Below are positions 1-10,910 of a stretch of 64,000 nucleotides of DNA, one piece after another. The notes under the pieces are model-generated. The model was not told the DNA's origin, did not search any database, and saw only the letters and a program-made list of their open reading frames with translations. Origin of the DNA: Eledone cirrhosa (lineage: Eukaryota). The first letter of the stretch is position 1. Every line of letters begins with the position of its first letter. The stretch lies in contig OZ024745.1 in the NCBI GenBank assembly GCA_964016885.1, forward strand, positions 104,966,001 through 105,030,000. The letters run 5' to 3'. The position numbers and the translations under genes are program-made.

Positions 1-45
1 TTTAAGTACTAGGATTTTTTCAACACACTGACGTATATGTGTAAG

Positions 46-1214
46 AGCAGCCTGTATCCTACATAAAGAGAGAGGAGTAGTATGAGGTAGTCATAACAGC
101 AGTGGTAGCAGCCTGCATCAAACATAAAGAGAGAGGAGTAGTATGAGGTAGTCATAATAACAGTGGTAGCAGCCTGCATCAGAAGTAAATAGAGAGTAGT
201 AGTATGAGGTAGTCATAAAAACAGTGGTAGCAGCCTGCATCAGAAGTAAATAGAGAGTAGTAGTATGAGGTAGTGATAACAACAGTGGTAGCAGCCTGCA
301 TCAGAAGTAAATAGAGAGGAGTAGTATGAGGTAGTGATAACAACAGTGGTAGCAGCCTGCATCAGAAGTAAATAGAGAGGAGTAGTATGAGGTAGTCATA
401 ACAAGTGGTAGCAGCCTGCATCAGAAGTAAATAGAGAGTAGTAGTATGAGGTAGTCATAACAACAGTGGTAGCAACCTGCATCAGAAGTAAATAGAGAGG
501 AGTAGTATGAGGTAGTCATAACAACAGTGGTAGCAGCCTGCATCAGAAGTAAATAGAGAGGAGTAGTATGAGGTAGTCATAACAACAGTGGTAGCAGCCT
601 GCATCAAAAGTAAATAGAGAGGAGTAATATGAGGTAGCCATAACAACAGTGGTAGCAGCCTGCATCAAAAGTAAATAGAGAGGAGTAGTATGAGGTAGTC
701 ATAACAACAGTGGTAGCAGCCTGCATCAGAAGTAAATAGAGAGTAGTAGTATGAGGTAGTGATAACAACAGTGGTAGCAGCCTGCATCAGAAGTAAATAG
801 AGAGGAGTAGTATGAGGTAGTGATAACAACAGTGGTAGCAGCCTGCATCAGAAGTAAATAGAGAGGAGTAGTATGAGGTAGTCATAACAAGTGGTAGCAG
901 CCTGCATCAGAAGTAAATAGAGAGTAGTAGTATGAGGTAGTCATAACAACAGTGGTAGCAGCCTGCATCAGAAGTAAATAGAGAGGAGTAGTATGAGGTA
1001 GTCATAACAGCAGTGGTAGCAGCCTGCATCAGAAGAAAATAGAGAGGAGTAGTATGAGGTAGTCGTAACAACAGTGGTAGCAGCCTGCATCAGAAGTAAA
1101 TAGAGAGGAATAGTATGAGGTAGTCATAACAATAGTGGTAGCAGCCTGCATCAAAAGTAAATAGAGAGGAGTAGTATGAGGTAGTCATAACAACAGTGGT
1201 AGCAGCCTGTATCA
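46..1214. repeat. Minisatellite, 61-bp unit, about 19 copies
   Basis: Unit AGCAGCCTGCATCAGAAGTAAATAGAGAGGAGTAGTATGAGGTAGTCATAACAACAGTGGT repeated head-to-tail with few substitutions and no spacers. Confidence 0.97.
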
Positions 1215-1243
1215 GTGAATGTTAGATGCTGTTTTCTGTAGTT

Positions 1244-2762
1244 TGTCATAACCCCTTCCTTCCTCAGTCATCTCTAGTGTGTGACATCATCACCCCTTCC
1301 TTCCTCAGTCATCTCTAGTGTGTGACATCACCACCCCTTCCTTCCTCAGTCATCTCTTGTGTGTGACATCACCACCCCTTCCTTCCTCAGTCATCTCTTG
1401 TGCGTGACATCACCATACCTTCCTTCCTCAATCATCTCTTATGTGTGACATCACCACCCTTTCCTTACTTAGTCATCTCTAGTGTGTGACATCACCACCC
1501 CTTCCTTCCTCAGTCATCTCTTGTGTGTGACATCACCACCCCTTCCTTCCTCAGTCATCTCTTGTGTGTGACATCACCACCCCTTCCTTCCTCAGTCATC
1601 TCTTGTGTGTGACATCATTACCCCTTCCTTCCTCAGTCATCTCTAGTGTGTGACATCACCACCCCTTCCTTCCTCAGTCATCTCTAGTGTGTGACATCAC
1701 CACCCCTTCCTTCCTCAGTCATCTCTTGTGTGTGACATCACCACCCCTTCCTTCCTCAGTCATCTCTTGTGTGTGACATCACCACACCTTCCTTCCTCAG
1801 TCATCTCTTGTGTGTGACATCACCACCCCTTCCTTCCTCAGTCATCTCTAGTGTGTGACATCACCACCCCTTCCTTCCTCAGTCATCTCTTGTGTGTGAC
1901 ATCACCACCCCTTCCTTCCTCAGTCATCTCTTGTGTGTGACATCACCACCCCTTCCTTCCTCAGTCATCTCTAGTGTGTGACATCACCACCCCTTCCTTC
2001 CTCAGTCATCTCTTGTGTGTGACATCACCACCCCTTCCTTCCTCAGTCATCTCTTGTGTGTGACATCACCATACCTTCCTTCCTCAGTCATCTCTTGTGT
2101 GTGACATCACCATACCTTCCTTCCTCAGTCATCTCTTGTGTGTGACATCACCACCCCTTCCTTCCTCAGTCATCTCTTGTGTGTGACATCACCATACCTT
2201 CCTTCCTCAGTCATCTCTTGTGTGTGACATCACCACCCCTTCCTTCCTCAGTCATCTCTAGTGTGTGACATCACCACCCCTTCCTTCCTCAATCATCTCT
2301 AGTATGTGACATCATCACCCCTTCCTTCCTCAGTCATCTCTTGTGTGTGACATCACCACACCTTCCTTCCTCAGTCATCTCTAATGTGTGACATCACCAC
2401 CCCTTCCTTCCTCAGTCATCTCTAGTGTGTGACATCACCACCCCTTCCTTCCTCAGTCATCTCTTGTGTGTGACATCACCACACCTTCCTTCCTCAGTCA
2501 TCTCTAATGTGTGACATCACCACCCCTTCCTTCCTCAGTCATCTCTAGTGTGTGACATCACCACCCCTTTCCTTCCTCAGTCATCTCTAGTGTGTGACAT
2601 CACCACCCCTTCCTTCCTCAATCATCTCTAGTATGTGACATCATCATCCCTTCCTTCCTCAGTCATCTCTTGTGTGTGACATCACCACCCCTTCCTTCCT
2701 CAATCATCTCTAGTATGTGACATCATCATCCCTTCCTTCCTCAGTCATCTCTTGTGTGTGAC
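1244..2762. repeat. Minisatellite, 41-bp unit, about 37 copies
   Basis: Unit CACCACCCCTTCCTTCCTCAGTCATCTCTTGTGTGTGACAT repeated tandemly, with TCTAG/TCTTG and CCCC/TACC variants. Confidence 0.97.
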
Positions 2763-2789
2763 GGAATGACAGATGGCAGTTGCTCAGAT

Positions 2790-2995
2790 TTCATCATCAT
2801 CATTATCATTGTTTAACGTCCATCCTCCTCGCTAGCATGGGTTAGACGGGATTGCCCCACTTGAGGCAAGATTGGTTGGGCGCCCATGTCTCCCTCATAT
2901 AGAACTATATCTGGCAGGTTTTCTACAGCTAGATGCCCTTCTTGACACAAACCACATTTGCAGTGTGTGCTGAGAGCCTTTTTACCGTGTCTCCT
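2790..2995 (-). mobile_element. RTE-tail-related short interspersed repeat (partial)
   Basis: (CAT)n tail + TTTAACGTCC...GCTAGCATGGGTTAGACGGG...TTTCTACAGCT-GATGCCCTT motif. Similar copies near 17738, 32877, 37222, 52200, 58830 and 62480. Confidence 0.7.
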
Positions 2996-3149
2996 TTACG
3001 ATCCCTTTATATATCGATTTTTATTCAAATTATAATCTTTCAACATAATTTTAATCAATCCTTCAAATTTCTTATTTAATTGGAATAAGGTTTATTCCAT
3101 TATAAATATGGTCACACAAGAGTTAATACCATTTTTGAATTGCAGTGAG

Positions 3150-4060
3150 TTATTTTTATAAGATTCATTAAATTGTTACTATCTAACTCAAGATTGATCT
3201 GCCAAGATAAAAACCATATTGATTTTTCCTTAAAATGAATTCAACAGCGGGTAAGAGATGATTTTAAATGAGATTGTTGCTTAGTTTAGTAGTAATAAAA
3301 GGTAAAGATATCTTATATTTTGCAATGAGAGATCACCTTTCTTTGGAACTGCCATTATTTGTATCTTTCTCCAAATGGATGGAGAAATATAGTGTCCAAA
3401 GATAAAATTACTGATATGAAGAAATCAAGAAATAAGTAATAACAGTGGAATCTTTCAATTCAATATGATTGCTGTAATGTTATCAGGAGTGAATGCTTTG
3501 TTATCTTTAAGAGAATTCAATGCATTGTTTTAGTTAATTCATAGAAAAACGTGTTGTTGTTGCCATATCAAAGTATTAAAAAATGACAACTTTTGGTAAT
3601 TATTTATTTTCTGTAACAGTAGGAGTTTCTTGCAGAAGACTTTTGAAGTGATCAAGCTAGTTTGATAAGATTCTTTTAATGGGTAACCCTTCAATAGTTA
3701 TTCAAGATTTCCTTTCTTTCCATTGATATTTATCGTGGCTTATGCAGCTGAATGCATTTTACTTGTGTAGAGTTTCTATCTCATTTATTTTCTCTTTGAT
3801 ATAATCTATTTCAGGTTCCAAGTAAGTTTCATTAAGTATCTTCTTAGCATAATTAAGTGTGTGTTTTCCCTTTTTTGGTAGATAGCTTTGATGTCATTGC
3901 AGAAATTCTCCAAAGTAATACTTTAGCACCCTTCCTTTCTATCATTGTACTTTATTATACACTTCAAGTGTCAGTAGATACAGTAAATAGTAAAAGTTCT
4001 AGTTACTCAAAAGCAATGCTTACGCTATCCAGGAAACTGTTAATGTTTTTCATATGATCT
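3150..4060 (-). mobile_element. Degenerate RTE-like LINE fragment (N-terminal RT region)
   Basis: Minus strand near 3330-3400 translates to SPSIWRKIQIMAVPKKGDLS, followed by a QYGF-like motif. Heavily interrupted; boundaries approximate. Confidence 0.55.
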
Positions 4061-4229
4061 TACATTCATACACAAAATATACCAATCTCTTAAAATAACA
4101 GTAAATTGTGTAGGCTGTAACTAAGTGACCCCCTCCTCAAATATATTCAACTTTGTTTTCAAAAGAACACATGCATACAGATTAAAGCATTGTGTGGTAA
4201 TAGAACAACTTTAAAGATGACTTTACATT

Positions 4230-4440
4230 CATGGATTTGTATGTGGTGAGCTCTGAAATGTTACTCTCTTCTGGATGGAAGTTAAATGGCATTGTCAGTT
4301 TGTAAAACATGGGCAAATATTTGGACATCTGATTTGAGCTGATGCTTTAAAATCTCATATCTTTTGTACTCATGATGAACCAGTTCTCTTGTATGGCTCA
4401 AAGATATGGACACTTCCTATGGAAAACACATCCAGCACTA
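4230..4440 (+). mobile_element. Degenerate RTE-like LINE fragment (C-terminal RT region)
   Basis: Translates to LKSHIFCTHDEPVLLYGSKIWTL, matching the RTE 'VLLYGSETWTL' motif. Confidence 0.55.
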
Positions 4441-4489
4441 AAACAAATTTATGTGACCTTACCACTTTTGTTACAAGCAGTTAAATAAC

Positions 4490-4710
4490 TTAACCCGTTA
4501 TAGCATTTACATTACTCTCTATATACTATTGTATTTTTGTGGTAAAGGCTTTGTCTTACATAATTATCTCATATAATATCGAATCTATGAGATTTTGGTG
4601 CTATTTACTTTGAGAACAATACCTTAACATCAGTACGAGTAACCACTTTGAACAGAAAGAGGTGAGAGAATTATGGTCGAATACAGCTAGTTTGAATGCA
4701 AAAGAGTCAA
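4490..4710. mobile_element. piggyBac-type MITE (degenerate copy)
   Basis: TTAA-CCC..TAGCATTTACATTACTCT start; homologous to the copies at 40959-41165 and 60774-60993. Confidence 0.65.
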
Positions 4711-5380
4711 AGAAAAACTTGCTAGGCACTTTTTTTTAGCAAAAGATGTGCAAGCATCTCTATTTGTTCTTTGGAGATTTTAGCTAATGAGAAAAATCAC
4801 AAGCTCTTCTATTCAGAGATTTAGGATATAAAGAACAACAGAGCTCTGAAAAGGAGTTGTCTGCCTTTACTGGGGTCATACAACGGTGTTGATTTGCTTT
4901 AGGTTAATCCCAACCAGGCAAATTTATGATTAAAAATATTCTAGCCATGAACATGTTGCCTCTTCTTCAAACACAGTGTACCTGGGACTACTTTGTCTAA
5001 TGAGTGCTTCTTTTATAAGATGATAGTAGTTTATTTGAAGGATATTTGGCTGCTATTTCATGCTGATCAAGTAATCATTAACTGACTCCTTTGTTGTTGC
5101 TGTTTATCAAAGATAAAAAGTGTTCAAGTTTTTATCATCACATCTTTCATTCTCACACATCGCTTCTGATTGAGCAGACCCATAATCAAAGATGTTCCAA
5201 CTGTAAACAACCAGAATTTTTTTTTTCTGCAGACAGCCAAATTATATAATTGTATATGTATTTGTTTACTTGTTGCATGATAAAAAGTATTCCTAGATAC
5301 ATATATGTGTGTGAATGCAAGCGAACAACATTTGTGAGTGTATGTATGCATGCTTTGTGTGTTGCAATCAGTGTGTGTGT

Positions 5381-5721
5381 ATCATCATCATCATTCATCA
5401 TCATTTTACGTCCGCTTTTCCCTGCTTGCAGGGGTGGGATGGGAACTGCTTCTGGCTTGATTTCTATAGCTGGATGCCCTTCCTAACCAACCTCATTTAC
5501 AGTGAGTGCTGGGTGCTTTTTTTTGTGGCGCCTACACGTCCACTTTGCAATGGAATGATAGGGACCCCAGTCCTATCATCTCATTTCTACAGCTGAGTAA
5601 ACTGGAGCAATGTGAAATAAAGTGTCTTGCTCAAGGAAACAACACATCACTCGGTCTGAGAATTGAACTCACAACCTTTTGATTGCATGGTCAATGCTCT
5701 AACCACTAAGCCATGTGCCTC
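5381..5721 (-). mobile_element. tRNA-derived SINE, family A (CORE-like body, RTE-type (GAT)n tail)
   Basis: Minus strand has A box TGGCTTAGTGG, B box GAGTTCAATTC, CORE-like TCCTTGAGCAAGACACTTTATTTCACATTGCTCCAGTTTACTCAGCTG, then GTTAGGAAGGGCATCCAGC and a (GAT)n tail. Near-identical copies at 28146, 52398 and 56201. Confidence 0.88.
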
Positions 5722-5910
5722 TGTGTATGTGTGTTGAAATCAGTGTATGTATGTGTGTGTGTGTGTGTGTGTTGGAATCAGAGTGTGTGTTTTCATGTTT
5801 ATAGTAAATAATAATAATAAAAGTAAAATTAATATTGTAAAGAACAAAGCTGTGTTGAAACACCAACTGTCTGTTCGTATATCTATAAAAACATATATGT
5901 TATCTTTCAG

Positions 5911-6067
5911 CTATGGTGATTTTCAGGCTTTTGTACGTCAAAAGAAGAACAAAGCTTATATAATCAAGCCAGAATCTGGTTGCCAAGGTAAAGGTATATG
6001 GGTGACAAAAAGCATCAAAGATATCAAAGCCAATGAACACATGATATGTCAGCTTTATGTATCTAAG
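5911..6067 (+). CDS. TTLL6: Tubulin polyglutamylase TTLL6/TTLL13-like, internal exon A (157 nt)
   Basis: ttttcag-type acceptor (tatctttcag) and gtaagc donor. Encodes YGDFQAFVRQKKNKAYIIKPESGCQGKGIWVTKSIKDIKANEHMICQLYVSK, matching TTLL6 'YICKPDSGCQGKGI...MICQLYISK'. Ends in phase 0. Confidence 0.95.
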
Positions 6068-9000
6068 GTAAGCAACTGTTAAAATCATCAAACCATTAAT
6101 TGCAGAAAATCAGAAAATACATACCATAGAAATATATCATCATCATTTAATGTCTGCTATTCCATGTTACCACGGGTTAGACATGGACACACACATATGC
6201 ATGCATGCACACACACACACACATACACTAGGTACCTCTAGTGCTGACATGAAAAATGCACCCACTAAATTTTGTAAGGTAGTTAGGGAAGAAAAGAGCA
6301 ATACCAGACGAAGAGTAAAAAAAAATTTCTCTGTTGTATCAAGGGCATGTCTACCTCTCTAGTGTTGGTGACATAAAATATATGGTGCACTCTGTAGAGT
6401 GTGAGATCAGTGTACAACTCTTGTTAGCCAGGAAAATGGACATTAAATGATGGTGATAATGTTGATAACTATAATATATCTTTTCTTGTTTGCATTAGTA
6501 AACAGAGAAATTAATATTCTTGGTTCTTTTATTTAATAACACAAACAATACCTGCTAAAGAATAAATAAAATTATTTATGAAACTTCCAATGCAGAATCT
6601 CATAAGAAACATTCGTACCTAAATGATAGCATAGTTAGTGTAATAAATATGTGTATGTATGGGAATCCTGTTGATGAAAAATCTTGTTCAAAGCTGACCT
6701 GAGGTCACTTTTTTCATCATTAAGATCTATATTTATGGCTTTCTGCTGCTGTTAAAGATGTTATTGTCAAAATTCTTGTCAGGTTATATTTCACACAATA
6801 TTCTATCTCACGTGTATGGTTTCCACTTAAAATGTTCACTTCTGTTACTCAATTTAAAGTCTTACTCAGCTCCAGATTAACTCTGCTTGGTGACTGAATA
6901 TGTTTTTTAACTGATATTAGCTCTTTGAAGAATCCTTATATGCGAAGGTTTTCTTTGTTTTAAATGTATTTCAATAGTAAGGATAGAAACGTTAGATTAG
7001 ATTCTAGAAAGACGTGGCATTAATTGCTAGATTGTTGTTGTTCTTACTGCTGCTGTTGTTGCTGTTTCACCTCAGGTCAGCTTTGAACCTGATTTCTCAT
7101 CGACAGGATTTCTATTAAGACTAACTATCACAATTCTTTTATTGTAGTCTTTTTAATCTAAGCATACGTTATCAATAGGCCTTTACCTTTTTAAAAGAAG
7201 GCATTGTGTGATATGAAATATATTTGGCTGCTATTTTTAACCAATGAACCACCATGTAGCGGCTTACTATTTGGCTTGTTAATTACAAGGTTATTCCTTT
7301 TTACTATCAGGCCAGACTTGGTCAAATATATCTATGATCAAAGGCATTCCAGTTGTGACCAACCAGTCTGTTCTAGGCCTGGTATATCTAAATCTATATT
7401 ATGTAATGTGTTCTTCCATTTTTTAAGGTAGTTCATTATCATCATCATCGTCGTTTAACGACCATTTTCCACACTAGCATGGGTAGCATATTATGATATG
7501 AAAGAGATTTGGTGGCTATTTCTAGCAGATTGAGCAACTAGGTAGAAGCTTCTTGATTACCTTGTTAGTTACTAGATTAAAACAACTGATGAGAAACTGA
7601 ATGCTAGCTTTCATCTGTGAATGTTTTACTCATCTGTAATACCTCCAAATCTTGTGGCAACATCTTTGATACTCTAGATAATTGTTAGCAACACTGAAAC
7701 ATTATCTCACTGTCACCATCTCAACTCATCAGCTCCATTTTTGGGGTTTATTTTATAATTAATTAGCAAGAGAGGAAGAGAGAAGGGAGAAGTGCTCAAG
7801 GTATTTGTAGACGTTTCTAAACTAGTGCTGTTTCTCTGAGGATTTTCAGTTGAAACCTTTCACATCTTTATCGATAAATAATATATCTAACTTTTAAGGA
7901 GATTTATAATTCAGCATTTTCCTTATGTTCTTCTCTACACATCCTGGTTGATATTATTACGATATTCTGTCCATATCTACCAGTTACTTTGACAGCCTTT
8001 GTACGCTTCCTGTCGTGAAAGTAAAACACAGCTCTAATAATATCTGACTATCCTGTACACGTTCCTTATGTCACCATTAAATCTTTACTAAGGTGATGAT
8101 CAGATAAAGTCATTAGAGCGCTGGATAGAGCATTGCAGAATTCATTCTCTCTCTGTTTGCTCTGACTTCAAATCTTTCTATGGCCAACTCTCTGGTTATC
8201 CTGATGAGCCCAAGACTGGATTGGCAGAATTGTTAGCACTTTAGAAGAGATGCCTTGTGGTGACAGTTCTGGTCATTTGATTTCTGAGTTCAAAAATTCA
8301 ACTTAGGTGATGGTAGCCATGGTTAATGACTCAACTATGGGAGTGCCTCACCCAGCCCTCAGTTGGTTTGTATGGACAGGCAAACCTCAATCAGTATAGA
8401 TGGCAGTAATAAGCTAGGGTTCATCCAGCAGTGTATTGACAAAGGCTGAATAGAATCGAAAATAACCACTTAGAATATTTATGCTAAGCTGTCAACTAGA
8501 CCCCTTTTCGCACTCCAAAACAGATATTACTAGAAAGCTGGATTTATACAATGTATAGTCACCTTTTAAGGTCTAAGTCCCAAATTTCTGTGGGAGTCAA
8601 TTTGAAACTTTATCACTTCATAAGTACCAGTAATATATGGGATTTTAATTAAACCTTCTTCTCTTTAGAAGTAAATGCCTTGAATATTTAAAGTACTGGT
8701 AGTGGTTTGTTTTAACAATTTTCATAGTGCTATGGAAAGTGAAGGTAGTAATACAGGCTGGAAAGAGATTTAAGTTTAGAGTTGCTGTTGTTTAATCCCA
8801 GTCAAGCTTTGAATGAGGAGACTTATAATGAAACACATTCCAGCAATGACTTTCCTATCCTACTTTCATACATTGCATCTAGGACTACGTTATTTAATGT
8901 GTCCTACCTTTTTTAAAGATTGTAACGTGTTCTGGGAGAAATTTAGTTGATATTTATAACAAGTCAATTGATCATGTACAGGCTCTCTTGTTAGTTCATT

Positions 9001-9342
9001 AATTTTTCAGTATAATATCCATTTGTAATTGAAATGAGAGAGAAAAGTTTACAAGGTTAAAGGAGCCATAAAAAACATCTAATTGTTATTAACTTCAACA
9101 TCAAATTATTTCGAAAAATTCTCAATTAGAACCTTATTTAAAATATGAATTTTCTCACACTTTCCTACTGTCTCTTGTTTTCTTACTAACCTCAAGCAAA
9201 TTTTGCTATTATTTGCATCAAATCTTTTTACCTAAATATATGGTTAGCAAATTTTCCCATTATTTTCAGATGCATCATATTTTTATTTTCACCAAACTAA
9301 TTGCAATAGAAGCAATAAGTTTGTTAGTTATTCTTTCCTTCT

Positions 9343-9725
9343 ATAATAATTGTTTCTACTTTTGGCACAAGGCCAGCAATTACCCAGTGTATTACTGGTA
9401 CTTTATTTTATCGACCCCGTAAGGATGAAAGGCAAAGTTAACCTCGGCGGGATTTGAACTCACACCGCAAAGGGACGTAACTATGCTGGAAAGCATGGCG
9501 TCCGACCCTCTACCGATACTGCCAATCCACCGCCCTCCGATAATAATTGTTTCTACTTTAGGCACAAGGCCAGCAATAACCCAGTGCATTACTGGTACTT
9601 TATTTTATCGACCCCATCAGGATGAAAGGCAAAGTTAACCTCGGCGGAATTTGAACTCAGACCATAAAGGGCCGTAACTCTTTGCTGCAAAGTCTACCGA
9701 TACTGCCAATCCACCGCCCTCCGAT
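9343..9725 (-). mobile_element. Two tandem copies of tRNA-derived SINE family B
   Basis: Minus strand has GGGCGGTGGATTGGCAGTATCGG (A box), GAGTTCAAATCC (B box), central CTTTGCCTTTCATCCTTACGGGGTCGATAAAATAAAGTACCAG and a GTAGAAACAATTATT tail. The central domain resembles the MetaSINE domain as recalled; not verified. Confidence 0.9.
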
Positions 9726-10039
9726 AATAATGAAAGTTAATCCATTTGTAAATTACATGCTTGACTTGAACAGTCAAACTGGTGAAGGTTAACTAACTTC
9801 CACAGAAATACTTAGAGGACTAGAAAAGTGCGTTGTAGCATGACATGGTGTTAGTTTTCACCATTTTATTGGTGATCTCATACAATCTCTGCTGAGTTAG
9901 TTTTATAACTTCTTAAATAATGAACAGAGAAAATAGGAAGGTATTAGTATGTTTTAAGTTGAGTTGCTGGCATATAAAGATATTACCTGACTAAATGCTA
10001 ATATAAGCTAATGGAGTCTACTGCAATCAATGAATTGGA

Positions 10040-10910
10040 CTGTACCTACCTACTTAACTACCTACCTACCTACCCCCCTTCCTGTCTACCTACCTATCTA
10101 CATATATATCTACTTGTCTACCCATCTATCTAACTAACCACCTACCTACCTACTTATCTATCTATCTATTTACCTATATACCAGTCCACCTACATACCCA
10201 TCTATCTAATCCACCTAATATCCTCCTATCTACCTACCTACTAACCCACCTAGGTATCTAAGTGTTTAATAACCCACCCATATGCCTACCTACCTAACAC
10301 CCACCTACCTATCTACATACCTAATACCCACCAACCTATTTACTTACCCTCATACCTACCCACTTAATACCCACCTACCTACTTAGTTACCCATATACCT
10401 ACATTCCCACCTATGTACATACCTATCTACCTACTAACCTTCCTACTTACCTAATTACCCACCTGTCCACCAAATATCACCAACACACCTACCCATCTAA
10501 TACCCACCAATTTACCTACTTACCTACCTACCCACCAATCAACCCACTTAATACTAACATACCCTCCTACCTAACATAATCACCTATCTACCTTTTTAAT
10601 ACTTAACTACAGGTTGGTACCTACCAACCTACCTACCTTTTTAATACTTAACTACAGGTTGGTACCTACCAACCTACCTACCTTTTTAATACTTAACTAC
10701 ATACTTACCCACCTACGTACTAACCTACTCACCTACATGCCAACCACTCACCCACATGCCTATTCACCTATCTACCATCAACCTAGAGACTACCCACCTA
10801 GCTATTCACCTACCCAATTCCACCTACTTATCTACCTACCAACCTATCTACTTACCTACCTACCACCCACCAACTTACCTACCGTCTTTCCTTCCATCTT
10901 AGGTATCTAG
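10040..10910. repeat. Degenerate (CCTA)n microsatellite with a short internal tandem duplication near 10590-10700
   Basis: CTACCTACC-rich tract; CTTTTTAATACTTAACTACAGGTTGGTACCTACCAACCTACCTA repeated about 2.5 times. Confidence 0.9.

Noticed and set aside
46-2762. CRISPR-like appearance of the two regular arrays
   Set aside because: Units are contiguous with no unique spacers, there are no cas genes, and the context is a eukaryotic intron
8195-8235. CTGATGAGCCCAA as another hammerhead (similar bare CTGATGA hits near 7586, 38597 and 63537)
   Set aside because: No properly placed GAAA, cleavage triplet or stem I
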